Below, piece after piece: positions 1-9,797 of a DNA stretch of 64,000 nt. The position numbers and the translations under genes are program-made. Source of the stretch: Nitrospirota bacterium (GTDB taxonomy: Bacteria > Nitrospirota > Thermodesulfovibrionia > Thermodesulfovibrionales > Dissulfurispiraceae); contig CAVPZX010000004.1 of NCBI GenBank assembly GCA_963710375.1, positions 265,242 to 329,241 of the forward strand. Direction: 5' to 3'. Position 1 is the first letter of the stretch, and each line of letters begins with the position of its first letter. The notes under the pieces are model-generated. The model saw only the letters and a list, made by a program, of their open reading frames with translations, did not search any database and had not been told where the DNA came from.

Positions 1-591
1 CTTGATGGCCTGAAACAGATACTATCACACGAGCCTGACATCGAAGTAGCCGGAGAGGCATGCAATGCCGACGAAGGTATCAGGTGCTTATTGAAGCAGG
101 ATATAGACATCGCGATCCTGGATATTTCCCTTCCGGACAAAAGTGGTCTTGATATTCTGGATATAGTGAAGACCAAAAAACCTAAACTGCGAGTGCTTAT
201 CCTGAGCGCCTTTCCGGAGAAGCAATATGCTGTTCGAGCCTTAAAGTCCGGGGCATCCGGATATTTGACCAAGAACAGCGCTCCGCAGGAACTTGTGGAC
301 GCTATAAGAAGAATAAACAGCGGCGGAAAATATATTACCGCTTCCTTAGCTGAGAAACTCACCGACATTTTGACATCCGATGACAAAATGCCCCATGAGA
401 GGCTATCCAACCGTGAATTCGAGATTATGCGTATGATAGCAGCTGGAAAGACAACAGGAGAGATCGCTGAAATTCTCTTCATAAGCCCCAGTACCGTAGG
501 CACTTACAGATCCAGGATTATGGAGAAAATGGCTATGAAGACCAATGCCGACTTGACACGATATGTTGTGGAAAACAGACTTAATAGTTAG
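1..591 (+). CDS. NarL/FixJ-family response regulator (REC + LuxR HTH), 5' end outside window
   Basis: Frame open from base 1 (LDGLKQILSHEPDIEVAGEA). Receiver motifs ILDISLP and GYLTK; HTH LSNREFEIM...ISPSTVGTYRSRIMEKM. Confidence 0.93.
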   Translation, partial: LDGLKQILSHEPDIEVAGEACNADEGIRCLLKQDIDIAILDISLPDKSGLDILDIVKTKKPKLRVLILSAFPEKQYAVRALKSGASGYLTKNSAPQELVDAIRRINSGGKYITASLAEKLTDILTSDDKMPHERLSNREFEIMRMIAAGKTTGEIAEILFISPSTVGTYRSRIMEKMAMKTNADLTRYVVENRLNS

Positions 592-656
592 TCAGGCCTG
601 CCTTACACTTCTTTTAAATTAGATTTAATCAGGTAAAACAAAACCCCCCGTAACCG

Positions 657-679
657 TTTGTAGTTAAATCCACTACAAA
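657..679. promoter_or_regulatory. Inverted repeat TTTGTAGT-N7-ACTACAAA, candidate regulator-binding site
   Basis: Perfect 8-bp arms between the response regulator and the 790 ORF; an extra ACTACA half-site at ~695-700. Confidence 0.4.
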
Positions 680-789
680 GAAATCGTTAATTCAACTACA
701 TAAAATAGGGGGTTTTAACGATCTATTTGCTGGATGTTTATTCCGATAACAAATAAACAGGGATTGTGATATCAAAATAATCAAGGAGG

Positions 790-1050
790 ATGAAGATGGT
801 TAGTAATGTAACAAGTTTAGTCCAACCCCACCCTGGCATTCAACCTAAACCGGCGGATGCCAAAGCAACACAATCGAAGTCGCAGCAAAACTCGAATGTC
901 ACTGTTCAGATTAGCAATGCTGCGAAGGCATTGTTGAAAGAAGCTACGGAGACCCCTGCGCAAACGGCCAAAGAAGCAAGTGCTGGTGATCAACAGGCTA
1001 AGAAACTGCTCGCAAAGGAGGCTGCTGCTGCGGAAGCGGCTGAGAAGTGA
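790..1050 (+). CDS. Small Ala/Lys/Gln-rich hypothetical protein
   Basis: AAGGAGG RBS at 783-789 (the second ATG at 796 may be the true start); followed by a terminator-like hairpin. Confidence 0.75.
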   Translation: MKMVSNVTSLVQPHPGIQPKPADAKATQSKSQQNSNVTVQISNAAKALLKEATETPAQTAKEASAGDQQAKKLLAKEAAAAEAAEK

Positions 1051-1069
1051 GCATACGCAGTTGAGTGGA

Positions 1070-1102
1070 GCAGGGAGTTCTTAGTTCATCAGAACTCCCT
1101 GC
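1070..1102. terminator. Terminator-like hairpin
   Basis: GCAGGGAGTTCT / AGAACTCCCTGC, 12-bp perfect stem between convergent genes. Confidence 0.7.
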
Positions 1103-1201
1103 AAAATATGTCACCTTTCCTGTTTTTTTAACATAAAGGTGGAGGCGACGCCTGTGCTATTCTTAGGGACCCGGTCTTTCATTGAGCATTGTGCAAGTTA
1201 T

Positions 1202-2458
1202 TTATTCGCGAGCCCTAAAGATATCGGCGCCGATCTTCCGCAGCTTTTCGACTATTTTTTCGTAACCTCTGTCGAGATGGTAAATTCTGCTGATAGTTGT
1301 CTCACCCTTGGCGCGGAGTGCTGCAACTACCAGAGATGCCGACGCCCTTAAATCGGTTGCCATTACCGGCGCTCCTTTCAGCTGCTCTACCCCTGTGACT
1401 GCGGCGGTGCCGCCCTCGATACGTATATCCGCACCCATTCTCTTCAGTTCCGCAACATGCATGTATCTGTTTTCGAAAATGGTCTCTTTGATAACGCTTG
1501 TCCCCTTTGCGACTGTCATCATTGCCATGAATTGTGCCTGCATGTCGGTGGGAAAACCGGGATAGGGCATTGTCTTCAGATCGGCGGCTACCGGCTGCTC
1601 TGGTCCTTTGACCCTGAGGCCTTTTTTTGTATCCTTAAATGTTATCCCCGCGTCTTTCAGCTTTATGATTACCGCATCCATATGATCAGACCTGCAATTT
1701 CTCAACAGGAGATCGCCTCCACAGATGCCGGCAATGGTCATAAACGTTCCTGCCTCAATCCTGTCAGGAATTACTTCATGGCGCTTGGCCGGTCTTAATG
1801 CATCGACCCCCTCTATCTCGATTACGCTTTCGCCTGCCCCTTTTATCCTGGCGCCCATGGAGGTGAGACAATTGGCAAGGTCTATGACTTCCGGCTCCCG
1901 TGCTGCATTCTCAAGGATAGTGGTCCCCCTGGCAAGGGCGGCGGCCATCATCAAATTTTCCGTGCCTGTTACAGTAACCGTATCGAAATAAATGGATGCT
2001 CCTGATAGGCGGTTTGCTTTTGCAATGACATATCCCCCTTCAAGTTTAATTTTGGCCCCCATTTTCTCAAGGCCCATCAAATGGAGATTTATTGGCCTGG
2101 CGCCGATAGCGCAACCGCCGGGAAGAGAAACCCTCGCCTTTCCATATCTGGCAACCAGCGGGCCAAGGACCAGGACAGAGGCCCTCATTGTCTTCACCAG
2201 TTCATAAGGCGCCTCGAAATGGTTTATCGCAGCGCTATCTATAACCGCTGTACCGTCCCCATAGTCGAACCTGCAACCCATGGTGGACAGGAGCTTGCCC
2301 ATTGTAGCGATATCCCTCAAATCCGGGATTCCGATAAATCTGTTTTCGCCTGAGGCCAAAACAGACGACGCAAGAATGGGCAGCGCGGCATTTTTTGCCC
2401 CGCTGATTACCACCTCTCCCTTAAGCGCTCCGCCGCCCCTGATGATTAATGTATCCAT
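1202..2458 (-). CDS. murA: UDP-N-acetylglucosamine 1-carboxyvinyltransferase
   Basis: [19 protein letters not shown] (catalytic Cys), [27 protein letters not shown]. Confidence 0.99.
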   Translation of the reverse strand: MDTLIIRGGGALKGEVVISGAKNAALPILASSVLASGENRFIGIPDLRDIATMGKLLSTMGCRFDYGDGTAVIDSAAINHFEAPYELVKTMRASVLVLGPLVARYGKARVSLPGGCAIGARPINLHLMGLEKMGAKIKLEGGYVIAKANRLSGASIYFDTVTVTGTENLMMAAALARGTTILENAAREPEVIDLANCLTSMGARIKGAGESVIEIEGVDALRPAKRHEVIPDRIEAGTFMTIAGICGGDLLLRNCRSDHMDAVIIKLKDAGITFKDTKKGLRVKGPEQPVAADLKTMPYPGFPTDMQAQFMAMMTVAKGTSVIKETIFENRYMHVAELKRMGADIRIEGGTAAVTGVEQLKGAPVMATDLRASASLVVAALRAKGETTISRIYHLDRGYEKIVEKLRKIGADIFRARE

Positions 2459-2500
2459 AAAAAACTATCATAACACAATAGGTCGGAGTTATAATCAAAC

Positions 2501-4612
2501 ATGATTACGATAGAGGCTGTTATAGAGAAAATATTGGCGTACAATCCAAAGGCGGACGTTGCGCGAATAAAGAAAGCATACGCCTTTTCTGGAGAGGCCC
2601 ACTGCAGCCAACGGCGGGTTGAGGGGTCGCCGTATATATACCATCCTCTCGCGGTTGCCGACACATTGGCGGACATGAAACTCGATACGGCAACCATTGC
2701 CGCAGGCCTGCTGCATGATACGGTTGAGGACACCGGCACCTTGACCGACGATATCAAAGACGTGTTCGGCGCCGAGATCGCTTTTTTAGTAGATGCATTG
2801 ACAAAATTATCAAAGGTTGAATTTCAGACCAAAGAGGACGCCCAGGCCGAGAACTTCAGAAAAATGCTCCTTGCCATGTCTAAGGATGTGCGGGTCATAC
2901 TCATAAAATTCGCTGACAGGCTCCACAATATGAGGACCATCGAACATCTTCCCGAAGAAAAACGGAGAAGTATTGCGCGGGAGACCCTCGACATTTATGC
3001 CCCCCTTGCCAACAGGCTAGGTATTGGATGGATGAGGACGGAGTTCGAGGATCTGAGCTTCAAGACTCTTATGCCCGATCTGTACGGCGAGCTTGAAAAA
3101 AAGGTCGCGAAACGCAAGGAGGAGCAGGACCTCTATATCAGCGAGGTAAAGAACATCATCTCGGAAAAACTCAAGCTGGCCGGCATTCCCTTTAAGATAA
3201 AAGGCAGGGTTAAGCATTATTACGGCATTTATCAAAAGATGATTAAACAGAAGATACCTTTTGAGCAGGTGCAGGATGTGATAGGACTGAGGATCGTTAC
3301 CGACACGGTGGGCCACTGCTACGATATACTCGGCATCCTCCATTCTCTCTGGCCGCTTGTACCTGGCAGGTTCAAGGACTTTATAAGTCTTCCCAAGTCG
3401 AACATGTACCAATCGCTGCATACCACAATAGTCGGTCCGGGAGGCGATCATGTAGAATTTCAGATCCGCTCCGACGACATGAATGAACTGGCCGAAGAGG
3501 GCATTGCCGCGCACTGGCGGTACAAGGAAAAAGACAGCATCGATAAGAAGAACGCCCGTTTTATCGCGTGGCTGCGTGATCTGGTGAAGGACATTTCCGA
3601 CCCAAAGGAGTTTCTTGAAGCGGTTAAGGGAGAGGTGGTCCCCGAGACTGTTTATGTTTTTACTCCCAAAGGCGACATTAAGGAGCTTTCGGTAGGCTCC
3701 ACGCCGGTTGACTTTGCTTACAGCATTCATACCCAGGTCGGCAACAAGTGCGTTGGCGCAAAGGCCAACGGCAGAATAGTGCCCCTGCGGTACCAATTGA
3801 ACAGCGGCGACGTCGTAGAGATAATCACTTCCCCTACGCACAGTCCCAGCAAGGACTGGTTGAAGTTTGTTGTAACCCAGCGTGCAAAGTCCAGGATCAA
3901 ACAGTTTTTGAAAACCGAGGAACAGAAAAAGAGCATCGAACTGGGGACCAAGCTCCTCGAAGATGAGATAAAGAGGCATGGGCTGCCGCTTTCAGTGCTT
4001 AAATCTGAAAAGATGGAAGAGATCATAAAATCCTTTGGCCTTATATCTATAGAGGACCTTTACGTCTCTGTCGGCTATGGAAAGGTTTCCGCCCACCAGG
4101 TAGTCAACAGGTTTGTACCCGAAAAGGAGGAGGTCGGAGTCGTCCCCAAGGTTGCGAAGCCTCACAAGGAAAGTAGAAGTATCATAACGATCACCGGTAT
4201 CGACAACGTTATGTATCACCTCGGCAGGTGCTGCTTCCCTGTTCCTGGGGATAGGATCGCAGGTTTTATCACAAAAGGAAAAGGTGTGACAATTCACCGG
4301 AGGGAGTGTGCCAATCTTGAGCGGCTTACAGCGGACAATGAACGTCTTATTGAGGTTGAATGGAGCCAGGAAGCCGATATAACGTCAACGGTAAAACTGT
4401 TTATAGAGTGCATGGACAAGTCCGGCATTTTGGCGGGCGTTACGGCGCTCATATCCGGAGCTAATGTTAATATCAGCCACCTGCAGGCTTCGTCAACACA
4501 CGACAAACGGGGATTGCTTGAGTTTACGCTTGAGGTCAAAAACAGGAACCAGATTGTTACGCTGGCAAATAAGATTATGCAAATGGACGGTGTGCTGTCA
4601 GTAAGGCGGTGA
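2501..4612 (+). CDS. spoT: Bifunctional (p)ppGpp synthetase/hydrolase
   Basis: HD hydrolase (LLHDTVED), synthetase (YQSLHTT, EFQIR), TGS (TPVDFAYSIHT), C-terminal ACT domain. Confidence 0.97.
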   Translation: MITIEAVIEKILAYNPKADVARIKKAYAFSGEAHCSQRRVEGSPYIYHPLAVADTLADMKLDTATIAAGLLHDTVEDTGTLTDDIKDVFGAEIAFLVDALTKLSKVEFQTKEDAQAENFRKMLLAMSKDVRVILIKFADRLHNMRTIEHLPEEKRRSIARETLDIYAPLANRLGIGWMRTEFEDLSFKTLMPDLYGELEKKVAKRKEEQDLYISEVKNIISEKLKLAGIPFKIKGRVKHYYGIYQKMIKQKIPFEQVQDVIGLRIVTDTVGHCYDILGILHSLWPLVPGRFKDFISLPKSNMYQSLHTTIVGPGGDHVEFQIRSDDMNELAEEGIAAHWRYKEKDSIDKKNARFIAWLRDLVKDISDPKEFLEAVKGEVVPETVYVFTPKGDIKELSVGSTPVDFAYSIHTQVGNKCVGAKANGRIVPLRYQLNSGDVVEIITSPTHSPSKDWLKFVVTQRAKSRIKQFLKTEEQKKSIELGTKLLEDEIKRHGLPLSVLKSEKMEEIIKSFGLISIEDLYVSVGYGKVSAHQVVNRFVPEKEEVGVVPKVAKPHKESRSIITITGIDNVMYHLGRCCFPVPGDRIAGFITKGKGVTIHRRECANLERLTADNERLIEVEWSQEADITSTVKLFIECMDKSGILAGVTALISGANVNISHLQASSTHDKRGLLEFTLEVKNRNQIVTLANKIMQMDGVLSVRR

Positions 4613-4615
4613 TTT

Positions 4616-4800
4616 CACATTATTCATAAATTAATACAAGGAGCAGTCAGGCCACAGTGCTTCACTCATTCTCGCAAGGCATCCAGCCTTGCTCCGAGGC
4701 TATGACAGCCTGTGTCACCATCCTTGGTGTCACTTAGGCTGTCAAAGTCCGCTCAGCACCATGTCCCGCCTGCTCCTTGTATTAATTTATGAATAATGTG
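4616..4800. mobile_element. MITE/REPIN-like element, 185 bp, perfect 31-bp terminal inverted repeats
   Basis: CACATTATTCATAAATTAATACAAGGAGCAG (4616-4646) and its exact reverse complement (4770-4800); nested internal hairpins. Confidence 0.75.
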
Positions 4801-4811
4801 GCTCAGTGCTT

Positions 4812-5903
4812 TTAGAGCGGCAGGGTGAATTCTATGGAAGTCTGTGTCCCTCCGCTGTCGGCATTCCTTACAGTTATGCGGCCGCCGTGGTCTTTTATGA
4901 CTTTTTCAGCCTTGCACAACCCCATACCGACACCAACCGTCTTCGTCGTGAAAAAAGGATCGAAAATATAATTCAGATTGGCTTCGGGTATGCCCCTGCC
5001 GGTATCTGTGATTTCCAGCCTGTAGAATCCCTCATGTACTGACCCGGAAACTTTTATCACGCCCGGAGACGCGACAAAGGATTCGAGCGAATTGGCAAAA
5101 ATTTCTGCAATCCCTTTGGATAGCCCATAACGATCGACAGGGAGTTCGTATGGCGCAATCTCGACTTGCCAAATGACTTCCACGGGCAATACGGAAAAGC
5201 GCAGCAGGGCCTCTTCTCTGGCCATGTCAATGATGAGGCCCAAATCGGTCAAATGTCGTTCTCCAGTATTCAGCGAAGAGTATTCGTAGACAGCAGTTAC
5301 AATGTCCTCCATCCGATTAACGCATGACCTGATAGTATCGAAATATCCCTTCTGTCCCTTCGAGAGTTCAATCTCTTTGGGAATACGTTTTGCCAATCCA
5401 CCGATAACCATAACAGGATTCCTGATCTGGTGAGAAACGGACATGGACATCTTCCGCAACCCCTCGTAGCGTTCCTGTTGAAGTATGTTTCTCTCCTGGA
5501 GAATGCTCTTTTCCCGTTCATGCAAAAGGACGATATTTGTGATGTCGTTAATCTCGATCACTATCCCGAAAAGTTTCTCATGGTAGATAAGCGGAGAGGC
5601 TGAGAGGGAGAGGTGACGGAATGTTCCCTCTTTGTCGGAGAAGCGGTTGGTGAAATGGTACGGCGCCTGCCGCATGTTCTTTGTAACATAAAGTACCATT
5701 TCTTCCAGCTGCTTCTTTTGCTCAAACCCTGCAAATAGTTCCAGCCAATGCTTTCTGATGTGGTCCCCTGTGTCGAGGTCCAGAATGGAATATGAGGATT
5801 TATTCACCGCATAAACAAGACCTTCTGAGTTAAAGATGACAACCCCGGCTGAAAAGCTGTCTAGAAGACCCTGAAAATAGGTGGAGCGAATGAACTCAAG
5901 CAT
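4812..5903 (-). CDS. PAS-domain sensor histidine kinase
   Basis: N-terminal PAS; H-box SHQIRNP; G-boxes DTGRGI, FDPFFTTK, GVGMGL. Confidence 0.93.
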   Translation of the reverse strand: MLEFIRSTYFQGLLDSFSAGVVIFNSEGLVYAVNKSSYSILDLDTGDHIRKHWLELFAGFEQKKQLEEMVLYVTKNMRQAPYHFTNRFSDKEGTFRHLSLSASPLIYHEKLFGIVIEINDITNIVLLHEREKSILQERNILQQERYEGLRKMSMSVSHQIRNPVMVIGGLAKRIPKEIELSKGQKGYFDTIRSCVNRMEDIVTAVYEYSSLNTGERHLTDLGLIIDMAREEALLRFSVLPVEVIWQVEIAPYELPVDRYGLSKGIAEIFANSLESFVASPGVIKVSGSVHEGFYRLEITDTGRGIPEANLNYIFDPFFTTKTVGVGMGLCKAEKVIKDHGGRITVRNADSGGTQTSIEFTLPL

Positions 5904-6027
5904 GCCTGCCTTTGAAAAGCTTTAAAAAGTATCTGACACCCATTTATACTATAACAGAGGTTTGTTACAGGAACATTACAGCCTGCCTTGACAAAAAAAA
6001 TATTTAACTAATAATATTTTTAAGCGT

Positions 6028-6189
6028 ATGCGATTTATTGTAAAGTCAGTAAGTTCCATGGTTTTTGGTATTATCGGTGGATGGTTGGGCGGCTATGTAG
6101 GCTTGGGAACCGAACTTCTCTCAAGCCTTGTTTTCAGCATAGCCGGCTGGTATTGGGCAAAATATATGTTGAATAAGTATTTGGATTAA
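6028..6189 (+). CDS. Small (53 aa) membrane protein, absent from the ORF track
   Basis: MRFIVKSVSSMVFGIIGGWLGGYVGLGTELLSSLVFSIAGWYWAKYMLNKYLD*; TTGACA (5988-5993) and TAATAT (6012-6017) directly upstream. Confidence 0.6.
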   Translation: MRFIVKSVSSMVFGIIGGWLGGYVGLGTELLSSLVFSIAGWYWAKYMLNKYLD

Positions 6190-6200
6190 TAATTTACGAT

Positions 6201-6557
6201 TTACGAGTATTGTATCGCAACTTCGTAAACAATATCTGAATGATCGGCCGTAGGGCCGCCTTCACAGCCGAGTTCGCCTTTTGATGTCGCTTTACGGTTT
6301 CCAACCATCCCGGTTATTATCCGGGTGAAATCAAAGCCGCCTTCAACACACTCTTTATTCAAACAGTCAACAGTGAAAAAAGCATAACTGCTGGGAAAGA
6401 AATTAACGATCCGCGGCATCGATTGTCTTATCCCCTTTTGATTGTATGTCATGTTGATTACGATACTCTCAACTTGGGGGAAGATGGCAGCCACTAAACC
6501 TGAATCAATCTTCTGCTGTCTTCTCTCTGCCCTGGCCGCGTTCTTTTTGTTGTTCAT
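6201..6557 (-). CDS. Hypothetical protein with three Cys (DCLNKEC...GELGC), downstream of csp
   Basis: GGGAGG RBS; same strand as the cold-shock gene. Confidence 0.75.
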   Translation of the reverse strand: MNNKKNAARAERRQQKIDSGLVAAIFPQVESIVINMTYNQKGIRQSMPRIVNFFPSSYAFFTVDCLNKECVEGGFDFTRIITGMVGNRKATSKGELGCEGGPTADHSDIVYEVAIQYS

Positions 6558-6572
6558 GTGCCTCCCTTAAAT

Positions 6573-6606
6573 GAGAAGGCTTCCTCCAGCTGGAGGAAGC
6601 CTTCTC
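6573..6606. repeat. Perfect 34-bp palindrome
   Basis: GAGAAGGCTTCCTCCAG|CTGGAGGAAGCCTTCTC with no spacer. Confidence 0.9.
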
Positions 6607-6613
6607 CGGTTAA

Positions 6614-6814
6614 CTACAGTTTAACAACATTGATTGCTTTGGGTCCCTTTGGTCCCTTTTCAGTATCAAAGCTGACTTTATCACCTTCGGAAAGGCTCTT
6701 AAAGCCATTGCCCTGAATGGACGTATGGTGTACAAAAGTATCGACTCCGTCTTCAGCTGTTATAAAGCCAAACCCTTTGCTGTCGTTGAACCACTTCACT
6801 GTTCCTTGTGCCAT
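6614..6814 (-). CDS. cspA: Cold-shock protein (CspA family)
   Basis: [18 protein letters not shown] (RNP1), TFVHHT (RNP2), [18 protein letters not shown]. Confidence 0.97.
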   Translation of the reverse strand: MAQGTVKWFNDSKGFGFITAEDGVDTFVHHTSIQGNGFKSLSEGDKVSFDTEKGPKGPKAINVVKL

Positions 6815-7106
6815 TTTCGTTCCTCCTTCTCTTAAACTCAAACCTCAAAGGGACTCAAATAAAAAAGAAGCCACAAAGTTCAAAGTCTTTGTGGCCTCTT
6901 ACGATCGCAAAAACCTTTAAAGTTCTGTAGATACGATAACATATCCTCTCAAGTTCGTCAATCAAATTCTTGTCGAACATTCTTGTCGAGCCTGTGGTTG
7001 CTTTTTTCCTTCCATCTGTTTCATAATTTCTAGTAAATATATTTTTGGTCTCCGGAAAAGAATAGTCGGACGTGATCAGAAGACAAATAAATATGACAAA
7101 GGCACT

Positions 7107-7832
7107 ATGATGAAAACGCGTTGGCACCCCGGGGATGCATTTGTTAAGAATATATTTTCATCAATAGCCCCGCAGATAGATTTTTTAAGCTCACTTTTCT
7201 GTTTCTGTATGGACTCTATATGGCGGAAAAGGCTCGTATCATTCTCAGAAATAAAAAGAGGGGAAAAAGTCCTTGATGTATGCACAGGCACCGGAAAACT
7301 GGCATTCCTGATTTCCAGGGAGGTCGGAGCGCAGGGATCAGTCGTAGGGGCCGATTATTGTGAAGAGATGCTGGAGATGGCAAAGAAGAATCTTGGTTCC
7401 GCCTCATCAGATATTTCTTTCGTCCTGGCCGACGCCAAGAACCTGACTTTTGAGGATAATGCATTCGATGTAGTTACCGTGGCTTTCGGTATGAGGAACA
7501 TTTTTGAAACCTCGATAGCCCTGCGAGAGGCTTACAGGGTGCTTAAACCGGGCGGACGATTTTTTTGTCTTGAATTGACGAGTCCTCAACAAAAGTGGTT
7601 AATGCCTTTCTATAACTACTACTGCTTTCATATTATGCCTGCGGTTGCAAAAAGGATTCTCAAGTCTGATACGCCCTATAATTATCTTCCCAGGTCGATC
7701 CAGGCATTCCCTGCAGCCGGCGAGTTCAAGCAGATTATTGAAAAATGTGATTTCAGCAATGTGACTGTCCGTCACATGAGTCTGGGCATAGCCACGATCT
7801 TTGGCGCTCGTAAAGAACCGCAGACGACATAG
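7107..7832 (+). CDS. UbiE/MenG-family methyltransferase
   Basis: VLDVCTGTG, FDVVTVAFGMRN, RVLKPGG, YNYLPRSI. Confidence 0.9.
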   Translation: MMKTRWHPGDAFVKNIFSSIAPQIDFLSSLFCFCMDSIWRKRLVSFSEIKRGEKVLDVCTGTGKLAFLISREVGAQGSVVGADYCEEMLEMAKKNLGSASSDISFVLADAKNLTFEDNAFDVVTVAFGMRNIFETSIALREAYRVLKPGGRFFCLELTSPQQKWLMPFYNYYCFHIMPAVAKRILKSDTPYNYLPRSIQAFPAAGEFKQIIEKCDFSNVTVRHMSLGIATIFGARKEPQTT

Positions 7833-8115
7833 ATCATAGCTGTCATGGTCCGTCCTGGACCAGACCAATCAATGCGGCTGAGCATAATTGGCAGCGCCGT
7901 ATATTTTTCCGCGCAAACGACCGCCACTTCTTTAGTTGAATCTTCCATCTGAAAAGTCTGACGCAAGATACAGGCTGGGGCAAACTTCCAACTCCAGCAT
8001 TTTAAGGCAATTCAGATTATGGCCGGACGCAATGAAAGAAGACTTGCAGATGAATACATTTTGTGATAAACATTAGATATGCTGTAACAGAACCGCATAT
8101 TGCAAGGAGGCCGTC

Positions 8116-9165
8116 ATGATCGTCAACTTATTCAAAGGGAATAGGGCGTGGCTTTTAATATTATTAATGCTTTTGCTCGTTATCGCGAGCACCGCTTTAG
8201 CAGATGGAGACGATGCCCTTATAACAAGAGCGTCACAGATCATAGGGCCTTTACCGGCATCTATGCCGTCGTCAGAGAATCCTATAACCCCGGAAAAGGT
8301 AAAACTGGGGAAGATGCTCTTTTATGAGCCGCGGATTTCTGTGGACGGATCGGTGAGTTGTTCTAAATGTCATCCCATAGCCCTGTATGCTGCTGACGGG
8401 TTGAAAAAGTCGGTAGGGAACAACTGTAAGGTAAACCCTAGAAACGACCCTACCGTCTTTAATGCGGCAAGCCAGATTTCGGAACACTGGATAGGAAACC
8501 GGACTAGCGTCGAAGACCAGGCAAAACAGGCTATTATTGGGCCGCCGGCCTTCGGCATGCCCTCTTATGAGGCGGCCGAGAAGGTACTTCGGTCATTTAA
8601 GGAATACGAAAACCTGTTTAAAGCCGCATTCCCTTCTGACAAGGAGCCGTTGAATATCGATAACTTTGCAAAGGCTATAGGCGCCTTCGAGCGGACACTG
8701 ATTACGCCGGCCCCTTTTGATGCATTTCTGAAAGGCAACAAGGATGCTATGACTTTACAACAAAAAAATGGACTCGGGACGTTTATGGACCTGGGCTGCG
8801 TGGGATGTCATTTCAGTCCCTATGTCGGAGGGCAGATGTATCAGAAGTTCGGGATATTTGCGCCTTACGAAAAATATACGAAGAGCCAGCAAGTGGATGT
8901 GGGAAGATATGCCGTCACGAAAAACGAGAGCGATAAGTATGTATTTAAGGTCCCGGTGCTCAGAAACGTTGCGATGACTCCGCCTTACTTCCATGACGGG
9001 TCCGTAGACAATCTTACCGACGCTGTCTGGATAATGGGGAAGATTCAGTTAGGCAGGGACCTTACAAAAGAGCAGGTGCAGGACATTGCGGCGTTTCTTC
9101 ACGCGCTGACAGGGGAGATCCCGGAATATGTCAAAACGATTCCAGTATTGCCTTCATTGGAGTAA
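8116..9165 (+). CDS. Di-heme cytochrome c peroxidase (CCP/MauG family)
   Basis: Signal peptide; CSKCH and CVGCH heme motifs; FKVPVLRNVAMTPPYFHDGS. Confidence 0.95.
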   Translation: MIVNLFKGNRAWLLILLMLLLVIASTALADGDDALITRASQIIGPLPASMPSSENPITPEKVKLGKMLFYEPRISVDGSVSCSKCHPIALYAADGLKKSVGNNCKVNPRNDPTVFNAASQISEHWIGNRTSVEDQAKQAIIGPPAFGMPSYEAAEKVLRSFKEYENLFKAAFPSDKEPLNIDNFAKAIGAFERTLITPAPFDAFLKGNKDAMTLQQKNGLGTFMDLGCVGCHFSPYVGGQMYQKFGIFAPYEKYTKSQQVDVGRYAVTKNESDKYVFKVPVLRNVAMTPPYFHDGSVDNLTDAVWIMGKIQLGRDLTKEQVQDIAAFLHALTGEIPEYVKTIPVLPSLE

Positions 9166-9215
9166 AGAGGGGATAAAACGTCGCGTTCGCTAACCATTAG
9201 CTCCAGAGGACGCCA

Positions 9216-9797
9216 GTGAAGGAACCGAAAAGCGAACGGAAGACCGTTGTGTTCTCGATCGGTCATTCGACGAGACCTGTCTCGGAGTTTATAGAAATTA
9301 TGAGGGCCTATGGAATAAAGAAAGTAATAGACATTCGCACGATCCCGAAGTCGCGGCATAACCCCCAGTTCAACAAGGATACGCTCAGGGAAAGTTTAAA
9401 GGCCGCCAAAATCGGATATCTCCACATGAAGGGGCTGGGGGGGTTGCGCCATGCACTGAAGGACTCGCCAAATACGGGATGGAGAAACGCATCATTCAGG
9501 GGCTTCGCAGATTATATGCAGACAGAGGAATTTGAAGGGAATCTCGAAAAACTTATAGAGGCTGCGGGGAGACGGGCGACAGTTGTCATGTGCGCCGAAA
9601 CACTCCCGTGGCGCTGCCACAGATCATTGATAGGAGATGCCTTGTTCGTTTGCGGAGTCCATATGAGGCATATCATTAGCGCCGGCTCGATCAGGGACCA
9701 TACTCTTACGCCGTGGGCAAAGGTCAAAGGAACAAAAATAACATACAAGGAGGACACTGATGGGAGAGATAGTCCACACATCACGTATAAGGATTGA
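9216..9797 (+). CDS. DUF488-family protein
   Basis: SIGHSTR, DIRTIPKSRHNPQF, MCAETLPWRCHRSLI. Confidence 0.9.
   Translation: MKEPKSERKTVVFSIGHSTRPVSEFIEIMRAYGIKKVIDIRTIPKSRHNPQFNKDTLRESLKAAKIGYLHMKGLGGLRHALKDSPNTGWRNASFRGFADYMQTEEFEGNLEKLIEAAGRRATVVMCAETLPWRCHRSLIGDALFVCGVHMRHIISAGSIRDHTLTPWAKVKGTKITYKEDTDGRDSPHITYKD

Noticed and set aside
1140..1152. TGGAGGCGACGCC resembles the reverse complement of a tRNA-Cys 3' end (possible att scar)
   Set aside because: Only 13 bp, no tRNA-Cys in the window to compare, and the orientation would place core genes (murA, spoT) inside the island.
3017..3979. Long antisense ORFs (this one, 28815-29840, 44915-45973, 49666-50649, 50373-51272)
   Set aside because: They shadow well-supported genes on the opposite strand and show no recognisable motifs.
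6966..6989. Direct repeat ATTCTTGTCGA x2
   Set aside because: Only two copies and no assignable regulator; not a CRISPR or iteron array.
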